Position numbers and translations under genes: made by a program. Source: Octopus sinensis (Eukaryota). Taken from it: 64,000 nucleotides of DNA. Position 1 is the stretch's first letter. Each line of letters starts with the position of its first letter. This document shows positions 52,025 through 64,000 of the stretch, one piece after another. The stretch spans positions 3,348,001 to 3,412,000 of the forward strand of contig NC_043008.1 of assembly GCF_006345805.1 (NCBI RefSeq), in the 5' to 3' direction. Below the pieces are notes generated by a model. It ran no database searches. It worked only from the letters and a program-made list of their open reading frames with translations, and had not been told where the DNA came from.

Positions 52025-53750
52025 AAAAATATGTAGGATTTAAGCAGAAGGAGATTTGGGTACTATTTCTCCTATAACACTCTATCATGTATACGTTTGG
52101 CCATTGTTTCTTTGGTCACCACAGAAAAGTAGTCTGTGGCTGGCAATATATTATATCATCAAATATGGAAGCTTTAAAGATATGTTTTAAAGTTAAACCA
52201 GAGAAAGGAAGGTAGTCTCCCCACCATCATAATTTTAAATAACTCTGGCAATGATTGGAGAAGTAAAAAAACTTATCCTACAGAGATAAGTTACAAAACC
52301 TGAATCGAAAATTCCCCCCATCATAAGCTTCGCTAAATCTCTGTAGATCCAACTGATGTTATTAAATAGAGCGGTGGCTTAATGTCAGAACATGAACAAT
52401 TTATCTGTTGAGCATGAACATGCTTTGCTATTTACCAAATTTCAAAACAAGTGTCTGGTTTAAACCAGTATAGTAAAAACATTTGTGCAAGGTCAGTTCG
52501 GTTGGTATCAAACCCGAGAGAAAAAAGAAATTTTGTAATAAATCTCTTAAACATATAACAGCCATGTGTTTGTCCGTAACTGAAAACAGTATTTAAGCGT
52601 CATAGTAATCGTAATATTTAAAAGAATTGTATAATAAGTTACTTCATCAGTTCAATCATTAGAAGGTTCTTGTTGATAGGATAATATTCAATTAATTTCC
52701 ATGACAAATCCCCGTGATGCGCCAAGGAAGAAATATTTTCGCTGTTTTTCTCAGTCTGCCAAGAATACCGTCCGAGTTTCCAAATTATTCTTTTAAACTA
52801 ATTAGCAAATATGAATCGTGTGAATAATCCTATGTAATGATTTCTATTTGTAACAGTCAAAATGATTAAAGAGCGGGAAATTTGCAGGTAGCTTCGCCAT
52901 ACCTGGCATTGCTGAAGGTTCGATACTCATCGAGACTATGTTACCCCAATGTTCAATAATGTCCTGATCTATCCCAGGCAACATGGTATGAATATAGTCA
53001 GATAACAGAGGGTAACACATTGTAAAGGGAAATAAAATTAATTAATATAAAATAAAATATCTTTCTATCTGCTCTTCTCTCTGTCTATTTATTTATCTAC
53101 CTATTTATCTTTTTGTATCCACTTCCATATCCAAAAACTTTTATAAATCACTTAATCCCTTATATCCATGAACGTTGAAAACTTTTATATCCCTAAATCT
53201 ATGATTAAAATTAAACCTCCTCATACTTCATTTTATCTGCTTTTATCTTATTTTAAGTTATTTTATTTCACCCGCCTCAAATTCCCTAAACCCTATTTAC
53301 TAATGGATTTTCCCTGTTATTTTCCTCTCCCCAGTATCAGTGTTCCCTGGATTAAAGACTTCACATCTTGTAATGAGACCTTCAATTGAAGACACTCATT
53401 TATAACAAAAATTGTTGCTGTGTAGCAACTAAACTTTCCCCGAGGTATTCCTTACTGTCATAACAATGTAGACCCGACATGGAAACCCTTTGCTTTACAA
53501 GAGAAAAACATGGTGCAATGGTTATATCTGGAATGGGTTTTATCACAGTTCTACTCCATGAAAGTAAATCCAATGCTAAACAACAGTATTTTTTGAAATT
53601 ATGTTGTTGTTTTGTTCTGTTTCGATTTTTTTTGTTCAGCCCCAACCCGGCCTTACGCCTGCGTAGGCAATTACAAGCATAAGCAAAGCATGCACGTTCT
53701 GTTCTTTATCCCGAAAGTATGCAATTTTAGGCATTCCAACTATGACAATA

Positions 53751-53785
<35 letters not shown>

Positions 53786-53883
53786 CTTTACTAACCACCA
53801 GGGGCAATATATACATATATATACATATAATATATACATATATATACATATATATATATATATGACCGGCATCCTCTCTGTTC

Positions 53884-53941
<58 letters not shown>

Positions 53942-54464
53942 TATATATACATATATATGCAGATACAGAATTTCTCTGAGTAAAATGCCAAGGCCGGTTC
54001 CTTCTGATGGTGAGTTTTTGATAATCTACCTTTAGCTCTCATCCGATATTCCTGTTTATTTCTTGACAATCTAGAATGTAAAGCACCATATTAAAAATAA
54101 CGAGAATGAAGAGCTTTATCATTCAAACACTAAGTTTATTCCCCGTTAATAAAATAGACTGACACTCGTTTCCGTCGCACCAATTGTATACTGTTGTATA
54201 TGAACCGATTTATGCATTGTTGTTGCGATCTCTTCAGGGCATACAAATACGACGTTGTTTAAGGAGGAATTTTTCCGCTTCAATTATTTTGGATTAGACT
54301 TCATAGTTTTAGTAGAAGTAAACTCTGAACATTCCACAATGAGATGTTTTCCTCAACTGTTCGTTTATATATACTCAGGCTCTTGCAGATGTATATATAA
54401 TACAGGAATACATACATACATGTTTAAATGTATGATGCCAATCAAAACATTCCCCAATACATAT

Positions 54465-54762
54465 ATACATACATATATACGTACGTACGTACATACATAC
54501 ATGCGTACATACATACATGCATGCATACATACATACATACATACATACATACATACATGCATGCATGCATTCATACATACATACATGCATGCATTCATAC
54601 ATACATACATACATACATACATACATACATACATACATACATGCATGCATGCATTCATACATACATACATACATACATACATACATACATACATACATAC
54701 ATACATACATACATGCATGCATGTATGCATTCATTCATACATACATACATACATACATACAG
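54465..54762. repeat. (ATAC)n array with ATGC/ATTC variants
   Basis: Direct reading. Confidence 0.95.
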
Positions 54763-55244
54763 TTGAAATTTACAGAAAAACAAAAGACGAATAGTGGTGT
54801 ATAAACAACTGGTAGGTGCATTAGTTTGACTCTCGGGAGGGTGAGAAAATCTGTTACATTTCGTGCCAAAGCTCTTCAACAGAGAGGAACACGAGGAAAT
54901 AAATAGAGGGAATAAAAATAAAATTGTGGATTTAGCTGTATATATATATATATAGTTTATTGTACGGAATGTATAGTTATGTGCTACTAATAATCTCACA
55001 CATTGAAGATATTATATAGACAGGTTTTAAAACATACCTAGTGTCACGAAGTAAACTTCGGGCTCTGGTCACATGGCCTATGCAAGTTTCAAATCAGATC
55101 AGAAAACAAAGCATCACAATGAAGAAGACCAGATATCTCTCTTCGATATGCATTTCCCAGAAAATCCCAAATGCACACACACACATTTAACAGACTCTCG
55201 ATTAAACTATCATATTGCTGCTACACGAACATGAAGAGCATCAT

Positions 55245-55365
55245 TGACCGTTTTACGTTCTGAGTTCAAATACTACCGACACCGATCTTGCCTTTCAGCT
55301 TTCGGGGTCAATAAGGTAAGTACCTATTGAGTTGTGGGGAACAAAGTAATCAGCTAGCACACTTC
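55245..55365 (+). mobile_element. 5'-truncated family-A SINE
   Basis: TTTTACGTTCTGAGTTCAAAT..TTGCCTTTCA.CTTTCGGGGTCAATAA..AAGTACC. Confidence 0.75.
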
Positions 55366-55412
55366 GCGCAATAAGATTTATATATCTACACATATATTCA
55401 TTTGATTCTATA

Positions 55413-55540
<128 letters not shown>

Positions 55541-55695
55541 CATAGATAGATAGATTGATATATATGCATATATATTCATATCTACATCTATATATATATA
55601 TATATATAATTCTAAGGCTTTCTATTTGTACTATGTTGAAGCTAGTATACACGTAGGGTTCGTAGATTACTTATAACTGGATAAACGCTCTCTAC

Positions 55696-55741
<46 letters not shown>

Positions 55742-56410
55742 GGAAATCACAGATATATTCAAATGTTCCGCAAAGGGTCTTCAGTCAATAAGCTAGGTAA
55801 AAGATTTAGGGATTAAATATTGTCATAATGCGACTTGAACACATGCCAAACGCCAACAAGTGAAATATGCTATTGTTTTAGTATTGTAAGACAGCGATCG
55901 ATAGAAAAGCCAAATGTCAGTTGTACACTTGACTGATTCTAGAAATTTCGCTTTTTTGCCTTCAGAACGTCCGCGGACGGACATGTCATATTCCCCACGC
56001 CAATTATATATATTTTTTTTTAAATGTCCATCTAGACTCACATTCTTTCTCTGTCTCTGTCTCTCTCTCTCTCTTTTCTTCTCTCTGTCTCTCTTTCTCT
56101 ATCTCCTTGTTCTGTCCCTTTCTCTCTCTCCTACTGCTCTCGCTCTTACTGCACTCTTTCACTCCCTCAATATACACATGTCCACACGTATACATACACA
56201 CATATTACATATATATGCATCCTTAAACATATATACACGCGCACACACCACACACACATATACACACAGGAATACCTTTCTTTTGTCCGGGCGATATGCG
56301 ATGTGTGCGTATATTCGTGCGAGTATATAAAAATTCACACACCTATACTCTTACAAACACACATACACTCACATGCACACACACACAGTGCAACAAACAG
56401 ACACCACGCT

Positions 56411-56450
<40 letters not shown>

Positions 56451-56499
56451 TACATACATACATATACATATATACACATACACATGTATATATACATAT

Positions 56500-57194
56500 G
56501 TAACATACATACATATATACATACATACATACATACATACATCCACACATACATACATACATACATACATGCATACATACATACATACATACATACATAC
56601 ATACATACATACATACATACATACATACACACATACATACATACATACATACATACATACATGCATACATACATACATACATACATACATACATACATAC
56701 ATACATACATACATACATACATACATGCATACATACATACATGCATACATACATGCATACATACATACATACATACATACATACATACATACATACATAC
56801 ATACATACATGCATACATACATACATGCATACATACATGCATACATACATACATACATCCACACATACATACATACATACATACATACATGCATACATAC
56901 ATACATACATACATACATACATACATACATACATACATACATGCATACATACATGCATACATCCACACATACATACATACATACATACATCCACACATAC
57001 ATACATACATACATACATACATACATACATACATGCATACATACATACATACATCCACACATACATACATACATACATACATATATACATACATATATAC
57101 ATACATACATACATACATACATCCACACATACATACATACATACATACATATATACATACATATATACATACATACATACATACATACATCCAC

Positions 57195-57227
<33 letters not shown>

Positions 57228-57352
57228 CATACATATATACATACATACATACATACATACATACATACATACATACATCCACACATACATACATACATAC
57301 ATACATACATACATACATACATACATACATACATACATACATGCATACATGC
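56500..57352. repeat. ~850-bp (ATAC)n array with higher-order structure
   Basis: ATCCACAC markers at 57053, 57121, 57189 and 57277. Confidence 0.95.
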
Positions 57353-57604
57353 ATACTTGCATATCTAAATATATGTGAAGTTAACACAGATACTCTTTAT
57401 TTTCCCTCTTTTTTCATAGTGTTTTACTTTAGCAGTCAATATTGGACTTTATGAATAAATAATAACAATAGAATGTGAGGTATGTAGCTGTTTACCGACG
57501 ATTTTAGGCGGTCAAACTCCTTGATATCAGGTGACAGGTGACAAGCCGAATATTTCAGGTGACTCATTGGTTGTTGCTTAGAATTTTAAAATAAAATTTG
57601 AAAT

Positions 57605-58050
57605 ATAGGCGGAGCCGTGGCTGTGTGGTAAACAATTTGCTAATCCTTCTTATGATTCTGGGTTCAGTCCCGCTGTGTGATGCCTTGGGCAAGTGTCTTT
57701 GACTATAGCGCTGGGCCGACCGGAGCTTTGTAGAATAGATTTGGTAGACGAAAACAGACTCAACCACGCTGTGTATATTTGTGTGCGCGCCTAAGTGTGT
57801 GTGTATGTGCGTGTGTATGTGTGTGTGCGTGGTGAGTGTGTGTGTGTTTGTGTGTGTATGTGCGTGTGCGTGGTGTGTTTGTTTGTGTGTATGTGTGTGT
57901 TTATCATTGTGCCTATGTTTGTTCCCCATCACTGGTTGACAAGCGGTTTGGAAGTGTACCAGACTTTAAAAAAGACGATAAGTAACGGCATCGACTGTCC
58001 AAGGCGAAATCCCAGCTGGGCCACAGCCTCGTGTCTGAGACAAATCTAAA
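57605..58050 (+). mobile_element. Family-B SINE, diverged, with internal (GT)n
   Basis: GTGGCTGTGTGGTAA A-box, GGGTTCAGTCCC B-box, CCTTGGGCAAGTGTCTT, ATTTGGTAGACG; 3' part CCCCATCACTGGTTGACAAGCGG. Confidence 0.8.
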
Positions 58051-58059
58051 ATAAAGTAT

Positions 58060-58260
58060 AAAAGATATACAAAAACGATGGACGCTTCTTCTTTTGCAAC
58101 ACGCTGAGTGTGATGCAGGAAGGTAATCTTGTTTATGAATATAATGACTTTATTCTCCAAATAAAATCTTTCCTCCCATCAAAACACAAGACTAAACGAA
58201 ACATGGGACTAATTTTCCTTCCCATTCGAAATAATCTCTCAACCTTCCTTCCCTGGACAC
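58060..58260 (-). mobile_element. Possible decayed Tc1 transposase fragment
   Basis: Minus frame LVF*WEERFYLE...QRVAKEEASIVFV loosely parallels the Tc1 motifs VxFSDExxFxL and GGxSVMVWG. Confidence 0.25.
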
Positions 58261-60110
58261 CTTTCATTTCATAATAAACTTACTATTGCCGTCATTTTTG
58301 TTTTATACCATGTCATCTCCGAATAATGAGATCTATGATGAAAGAGGTTCTAGTCGTTATCATACCATTATTTTCTGTATTAGATATCACAATCATTCAA
58401 TATACTCTTTCTATTTGAGACGATAGAGTCTGTTTTGGGCTGCGTAAAGGCTGATATGCCTCACCGATCAATCTTCATTATGAAGGTTCTCTTATTGGTT
58501 TGCGCACTCTGCTGTATTTCACCTATTATAGTTTTTGTGGTTTAGTTGTAAATCACTTTTCATGAAATTCACCGATGGTCAAATGGATATTTAATCGTGA
58601 CCAAAATGTAGTTTTTTCATAGGTGTACTGAACACAAGGGTGTATTTTCTAGCCTATCCTTTTGTAAATCTCGAGTAATTCGATAAAGTTTTAACCGCTG
58701 TTGATAGCAGACGACGCGATCAAGTAGAGTTTTCCAAGTTAAAGATTCGTATTGTCATAAACTGCTCTAAAAGGTTTCTCGCTAATGATACCTGAACTCC
58801 TGCTGTATCCGAAGTTGGTGATGCCGTTTAGCCCCTTGTAAGCTCTAAATGGGAAGACTGTGACTAAAAGGGTTTGCAGTTCCGATAATCCTGTTTTTAT
58901 CTTAAATTCGAGGGATGTTTTGTAGCTACATCTAGTACATCTGGTGACTACCGTCGAGGCTCTCTCATCAGCTCAGTCCAGGATACTTCATTAGCTTCGT
59001 AGCGTCTCATTGATTCAACCATCGCCTATCATGCAGTTTTTCTCGTTGTTAATGCTACTGCCGTTGTTGTTGTTGTTATTATTTAACCCAGTGGAGATTC
59101 CAATCGAGCTGACCAATGATGAAAGACATTCGAATTGTTTTCATCCCGACAGCTAAGAAATAACGTTTTTTTCTTAAAGAAATTTGGTTGCTATTTCAAG
59201 CGACTCTGTTGAGATTTCCGGCGCCTGTAAGGCTCCTGTTGACGATCAAGGCAACATTCAAACAGTTATTCTCTACATATTTATATATACTCAGCGCTTT
59301 CTCTTTTTGATGTTGGCAAAGCGAATGATTCCTTTCAAAAGCTTCTTCATATCATAACATCTTACAATATCTCTCGGTTGTTATTCTTCAAAGCTTAGAA
59401 TTTTGTTGTACTTTGTGTCTAATATTTCTGTACTGCGGCCATATTGCCGTTGTTATTTAGTTGTATCACAGACTTGGCAGATCCTTGATCAAAAGACGTT
59501 GCAACAGTCAGCTTTTGCGCTCTTGCGTTTATTTTATTTTGTATGCCTCGTACTTTATTGTGAAGAAGAACTGAATATCGAACAATACTCTGCCATTACT
59601 GTTTCTATTAAACTTTCTATTGTACACACACACACACACCAACACGCAGGCGCACATAAGAAAACACATACATGCACAGACACAAAACCACAGACACACA
59701 ATCACATATATTTAAGTACACTCATATGCATAGATACATGCATACACACACATATAAACAGACACACACACATGCACGCACATATACGTACACGTGTGTG
59801 CATACTTACATTCATACGTGCATTAGCCGTCAGCGACAGGCGTACAGGCGCAGAAGATCGTCTAAATTGTGATTTTTAACGTTTCTCTCTGCAACTCTAC
59901 AGGATTTTTAACCCATAGGATTTTGCTTTATACGACGGTTCGTGACTTCGAAAGCAGCACCTCCACAGCTACGAAACACTTATAGCTGATCTTATCCAAA
60001 TTCCAATTAATTTAGATTTCGACTTCCTTGTTAGAAAGTAGCTCCTTCCTTCTGGGAAGGATATTAATAGACATTTTTTAAAAGGGCAGGCATATATACA
60101 CATATGTATA

Positions 60111-60244
<134 letters not shown>

Positions 60245-60484
60245 GGGTACATATTCATTTACTCCTTTTATTCATTTACTTGTTTCAGTCACTTGACTGC
60301 GGCCATGCCGGAGCACCACCTTGAAGGGTTTTTAATCGAACAAATCGATCCCAGGACATTATATTTTAGGCCTTTTATTTATTGTATCAGCCCCTTTTAC
60401 CGAACCACTAAGCTAGAGGAGCGTAAACACACCAGCACTAGATGTCAAGCACAGAAACAAACACACACGCACAAATATAATTTT

Positions 60485-60883
60485 TTTTTACTTGTTTCAG
60501 TTATTTGACTGCGGCCATGCTGGAGCACCGCCTTTAGTCGAGCAAATCGACCCCGGGACTTATTCTTTGTAAGCCCAGTACTTATTATATCGGTCTCTTT
60601 TGCCGAACCGCTAAGTGACGGGGACGTTAACACACCAGCATCGTTTGTCAAGCAATGCTAGGGGGACAAACACACACACACAAACACACACACACACACA
60701 TATATATATATACATATATACGACAGGCTTCTTTCAGTTTCCGTCTACCAAATTCACTCACAAGGCATTGGTCGGCCCGGGGCTATAGCAGAAGACACTT
60801 GCCCAAGATGCCACGAAGTGGGACTGGACCCGGAACCACGTGGTTGGTTAGCAAACTACTTACCACACAGTCACTCCTGCGCC
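60485..60883 (-). mobile_element. Family-B tRNA-derived SINE, full length and young-looking (~400 bp)
   Basis: Minus head GGCGCAGGAGTGACTGTGTGGTAAGTAG..GGTTCCGGGTCCAGTCCCAC (A and B boxes), central (TA/TG)n, 3' end ..AACTGAAACAAGTAAAAAAA. Flanked by partial copies at 60275-60470(-), 60902-61005(-) and 61163-61255(+). Confidence 0.9.
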
Positions 60884-62405
60884 TATATATATATATATAT
60901 ATACGACGGGCTTCTTTGTCTTTCCGTCTACCAAATCGACTCATGTGGTTTTGGTCAGCCGCACAGTTGGATTGAACCCAGAACCGTGTGGTTGGGAAAC
61001 AAATACAATCGTCTGTAAAATTGACCAAGAGTGCAAGTCAGCAGCTGTTAGAGCTGCCGCATAGATGTTTATAAGATGGAGGATTTTTTAAACTTGTGAA
61101 TGTATTGATGTAAGAACATAAAGTATTGCTGTTTCATAAAATTGTTGCAGAAATCGACGCAGGCGAAGTTGTGTGTCAAGATGCTTGCTTCCGAACCACA
61201 CGGTTCTGGGTTCAGTCCCACTGCGTGATACCTTCGGCAACTGCCGTCTACTCCTCGCATAATAATCGTTTCTTTTGGTATTTCCGGTAACCCTTTAGTG
61301 TTTATTCGACCTTTTTTTTAATGTTAAAACTGACCAGATCCAACCTATCATACCTTCCCTACAATGTCATTCTAAAAATATATAAATTTGCCATTGAAAT
61401 CTTCTAGCTACAAGATAATGCATGATTAATTCAAAACAATGTGAATAATAAAGCAACACAATAGACAAAGAGATCGGAATGTTGAAGGATTAAAAATGTT
61501 AACAGTCGCTTAACTATTGTGTGAATAGTATCAAGTCCTTATTTAACGCGCCTTTACATTTTCCTACCTCGTTCATGTAAAAAACGTCTTTCGATTTGAA
61601 ATCTCCATTCCTTGATAACTAACAGTAAATTTATATACACAGTGCTAGGAGTTTGGCAGAAGAGATCAGTTAAACCACACCTGCCGTGTTTTTTTCTCTT
61701 CTTTGTTTTCAAAGTAGAGAAATTAATAGGAATGTCTATCGTTGATTTTGTTACGAATTTTATCCCCTGTTACATCCATAGAGTGTTGTGACGTCCTTTT
61801 TCTGGTTTCCCGAATGAGCATCTTATCAAATCGCATCATATTCCTATTTTTGGTATTGCATCTATAAATTCAAGACTTCCATCAGTAAGAGAGTTTGAAC
61901 TTTCTTTTCATTCTACGATTTAGTAGCTTCAGGTAGGTTTAGTCGACGTTTCATTATTTTGATTCTTCATTAGTAGAAATGAATATTATTACGAACCAAT
62001 CACGTAATCAAAGGTTTTATGCCTTTCTCTAATTTTGTCACTTTTTGACATTTTTTTAATATTATAGTGCGTATTTTTTTTTTAATCAGGAATCTTTTAA
62101 GTTAATGAAGGAGTCTCTCCGATGTAATTGAAATTGCAAGAATTAAATGCCACTCTTCCTCCAGTTTCATTATCCTGTCTGAAACAAAGCAACGATACAC
62201 TGGATAATACAGCACTTGAAATAGTAAGGATAGATAATAAAAACCATGAACATTCAGATTGATGGCTTTGGAGGATTTTTCTTTCCTATCAGACCTTCCC
62301 TAGAACTATAAATAACATCTGTTAACATGTACATGTTATGATCCTGTTTGTTAACCATCAAAATGTCAGTTAAGAAAAGAATCTCCATCTTCTATCCTGA
62401 CTTAG

Positions 62406-62501
62406 CTGGAAATCTCAGCCATTGCTCGTATCACAAGCCGGCACTATAATATAAAGGAAAAGACATATCATAAGATAATCGCCGATACCTCCACAGATGA
62501 A
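62406..62501 (+). CDS. Candidate coding exon (96 bp, phase 0 to 0): LEISAIARITSRHYNIKEKTYHKIIADTSTDE
   Basis: Acceptor CCATCTTCTATCCTGACTTAG|, donor GAA|GTAAGG, exactly 32 open codons. It would need an intervening phase 1-to-0 exon to join 49590-49675. Confidence 0.45.
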
Positions 62502-64000
62502 GTAAGGGATCACGTGGCCTTTCATCATAGATATGTTCGACCAGGTTTGAACGAAGACTAAACAAGAACAGAAAACAAAAACTAAAAACAGAGTAGCAGC
62601 TGCGTCGGTGACAATACAATATGGCGTTTGAAACAAGGAGTCCATCTTGAATTTATGGCGGCCAGTTTATACAGATTTTGTGATTGGTTTTTCACAATAG
62701 TTACGCACATCGTCTGTGTATGACAGTTTCTTTCCTTGCACTTTTCTTAAATATTCATGCAGACAACCAAGTGATAAATCTTTCCTACAGGACAAACTAA
62801 ACATTAATTATAGGTGGCTTTTGAAATTTACACTTAACATATCACGTTGGGTATAATATATTTTCTCTTGTACACATATTCATGATTCTAGGCATTATTA
62901 CAATTTATTTGCTGTATTTGTCTATAATTTTTGTTAGGAAAAATATTGCTTTACGTCTCATTATGCAAGAAATTTGTGAGTTTTATAGCTCTGAAATCAC
63001 ATTCAAATTTTCATGATAGAAAGATGAAGATAAGAGTTTTATATTACTTGAGAAATTAGGATTTAAAAAATAGATTCTGTGTTCGTTATTGTTAATCAAA
63101 ACAGAATTGGAATTAAGAAACTCTTTAACAATGGGTGTAAAATAAAGAATATGGAAATAGAAAGTTCCAATGTATTAATATAACGCCATTAACTAATATC
63201 GCCATTAGCCAAGAACGTAACGATCTGTGTTTCTTACAAATACGAGTATCCGTTAGACGAGATCGCTACTTGAAACTAGAGATAAATGATGGTAAACAAT
63301 AGCTGAGAAGTATTGCACGCATTCGTGTGTATGTAGATGCTTTTAAATACGTACAAACATATATATGCTTATAGGAAAACATACCGATGTACAGCTCATA
63401 CTTACAGAGGTGGAAATAAAGTTTCGCTAACACATGCATAGCACATACATATACACGTGAACAAACACAGGTACACATCCAAATGTATACAGACTGATAT
63501 GAACGAATATCACACGCGCACACATATGAGACGCTCATGTGTACACTTATGAACACAAAGACATATATGCTTATATATATATATGAATATATATATATAT
63601 ATATATACACGCACACACACACATATATATATAACATGTACATATGCACGTATATATGAACACAGACTCATGCAGATACACGTACCTATGCATACATTCG
63701 AATATGTATTGCATATTCCAGAAATATTACACACAGACGCATATATGAAGAGGCATACATACACGCACACACGTTATATTACACGTATGCACACACATTC
63801 GTACCTACACACATAGGCACGCACAGTTACTTCGATACGTATGTTAATATTAAATCGCGTACGAGAGCAGAAAAGCGGGAGAATCGTTTCCACGCTGGAG
63901 ATAATCCTCAGCAACGTTTGTCCGGGCTTTACGTTCGGAATTTCATTTCCATCGCGTTCGACATGCCTTTCGTCTTTTCCCCTCCCTCAACATTTAAGGC

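Noticed and set aside
56500-57352. CRISPR-like or coded repeat-spacer structure in variant microsatellites
   Set aside because: No constant 23-50 bp repeat with unique spacers and no cas genes; eukaryotic context.
56343-57454. Six overlapping 237-339 aa ORFs (MYVC/HTYI repeats)
   Set aside because: The (ATAC)n array is open in nearly all frames on both strands.
60840-60883. tRNA gene calls at SINE heads
   Set aside because: A/B boxes are present but no complete cloverleaf forms, and they continue into SINE bodies.
62406-62501. Resemblance of SRHYNIK..IIADT to the kainate-receptor N-terminal domain
   Set aside because: Only a few scattered identities recalled from memory, and the other candidate exons do not fit an iGluR; no gene symbol assigned.
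62415-62645. 76-aa hydrophobic minus-strand ORF (MDSLFQTPY..)
   Set aside because: Largely antisense to a better splice-bounded + exon; no recognisable family.
63884-63915. CTGAGGA..GAAAC on minus
   Set aside because: No stem II or stem I pairing.

Overview
AT-rich, microsatellite-saturated metazoan genomic DNA, most likely a coleoid cephalopod (Octopus-type). That assignment is an inference from the tRNA-derived SINE families and the (TA)n/(ATAC)n/(GATA)n load. Almost every ORF in the supplied track is a microsatellite read-through. There is no CRISPR array, rRNA or intact tRNA gene. The window contains: (1) dozens of tRNA-derived SINEs in at least three families, often in head-to-tail chains; (2) a 5'-truncated Tx1/L1-type LINE inserted in a (GATA)n array, an ORF1-only (CCHC knuckle) retroelement relic, a short Helitron-like element and Tc1/mariner relics; (3) a ~3.8 kb inverted duplication (36672-40471) whose outer ends each carry a near-canonical type I hammerhead ribozyme (HHR) of the kind found in Penelope-like elements, plus several degenerate HHR-like relics and a fold-back hairpin centred on an HHR stem III; (4) phase-compatible candidate + strand exons (43106-43145, 44869-45070, 49590-49675, and a further candidate at 62406-62501) of a protein I cannot identify, with a possible 5' UTR island at ~33.6-36.0 kb. 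If that gene model is right, the inverted duplication and its sense-strand ribozyme lie inside the first intron. All alignments, folds and translations were done by eye.
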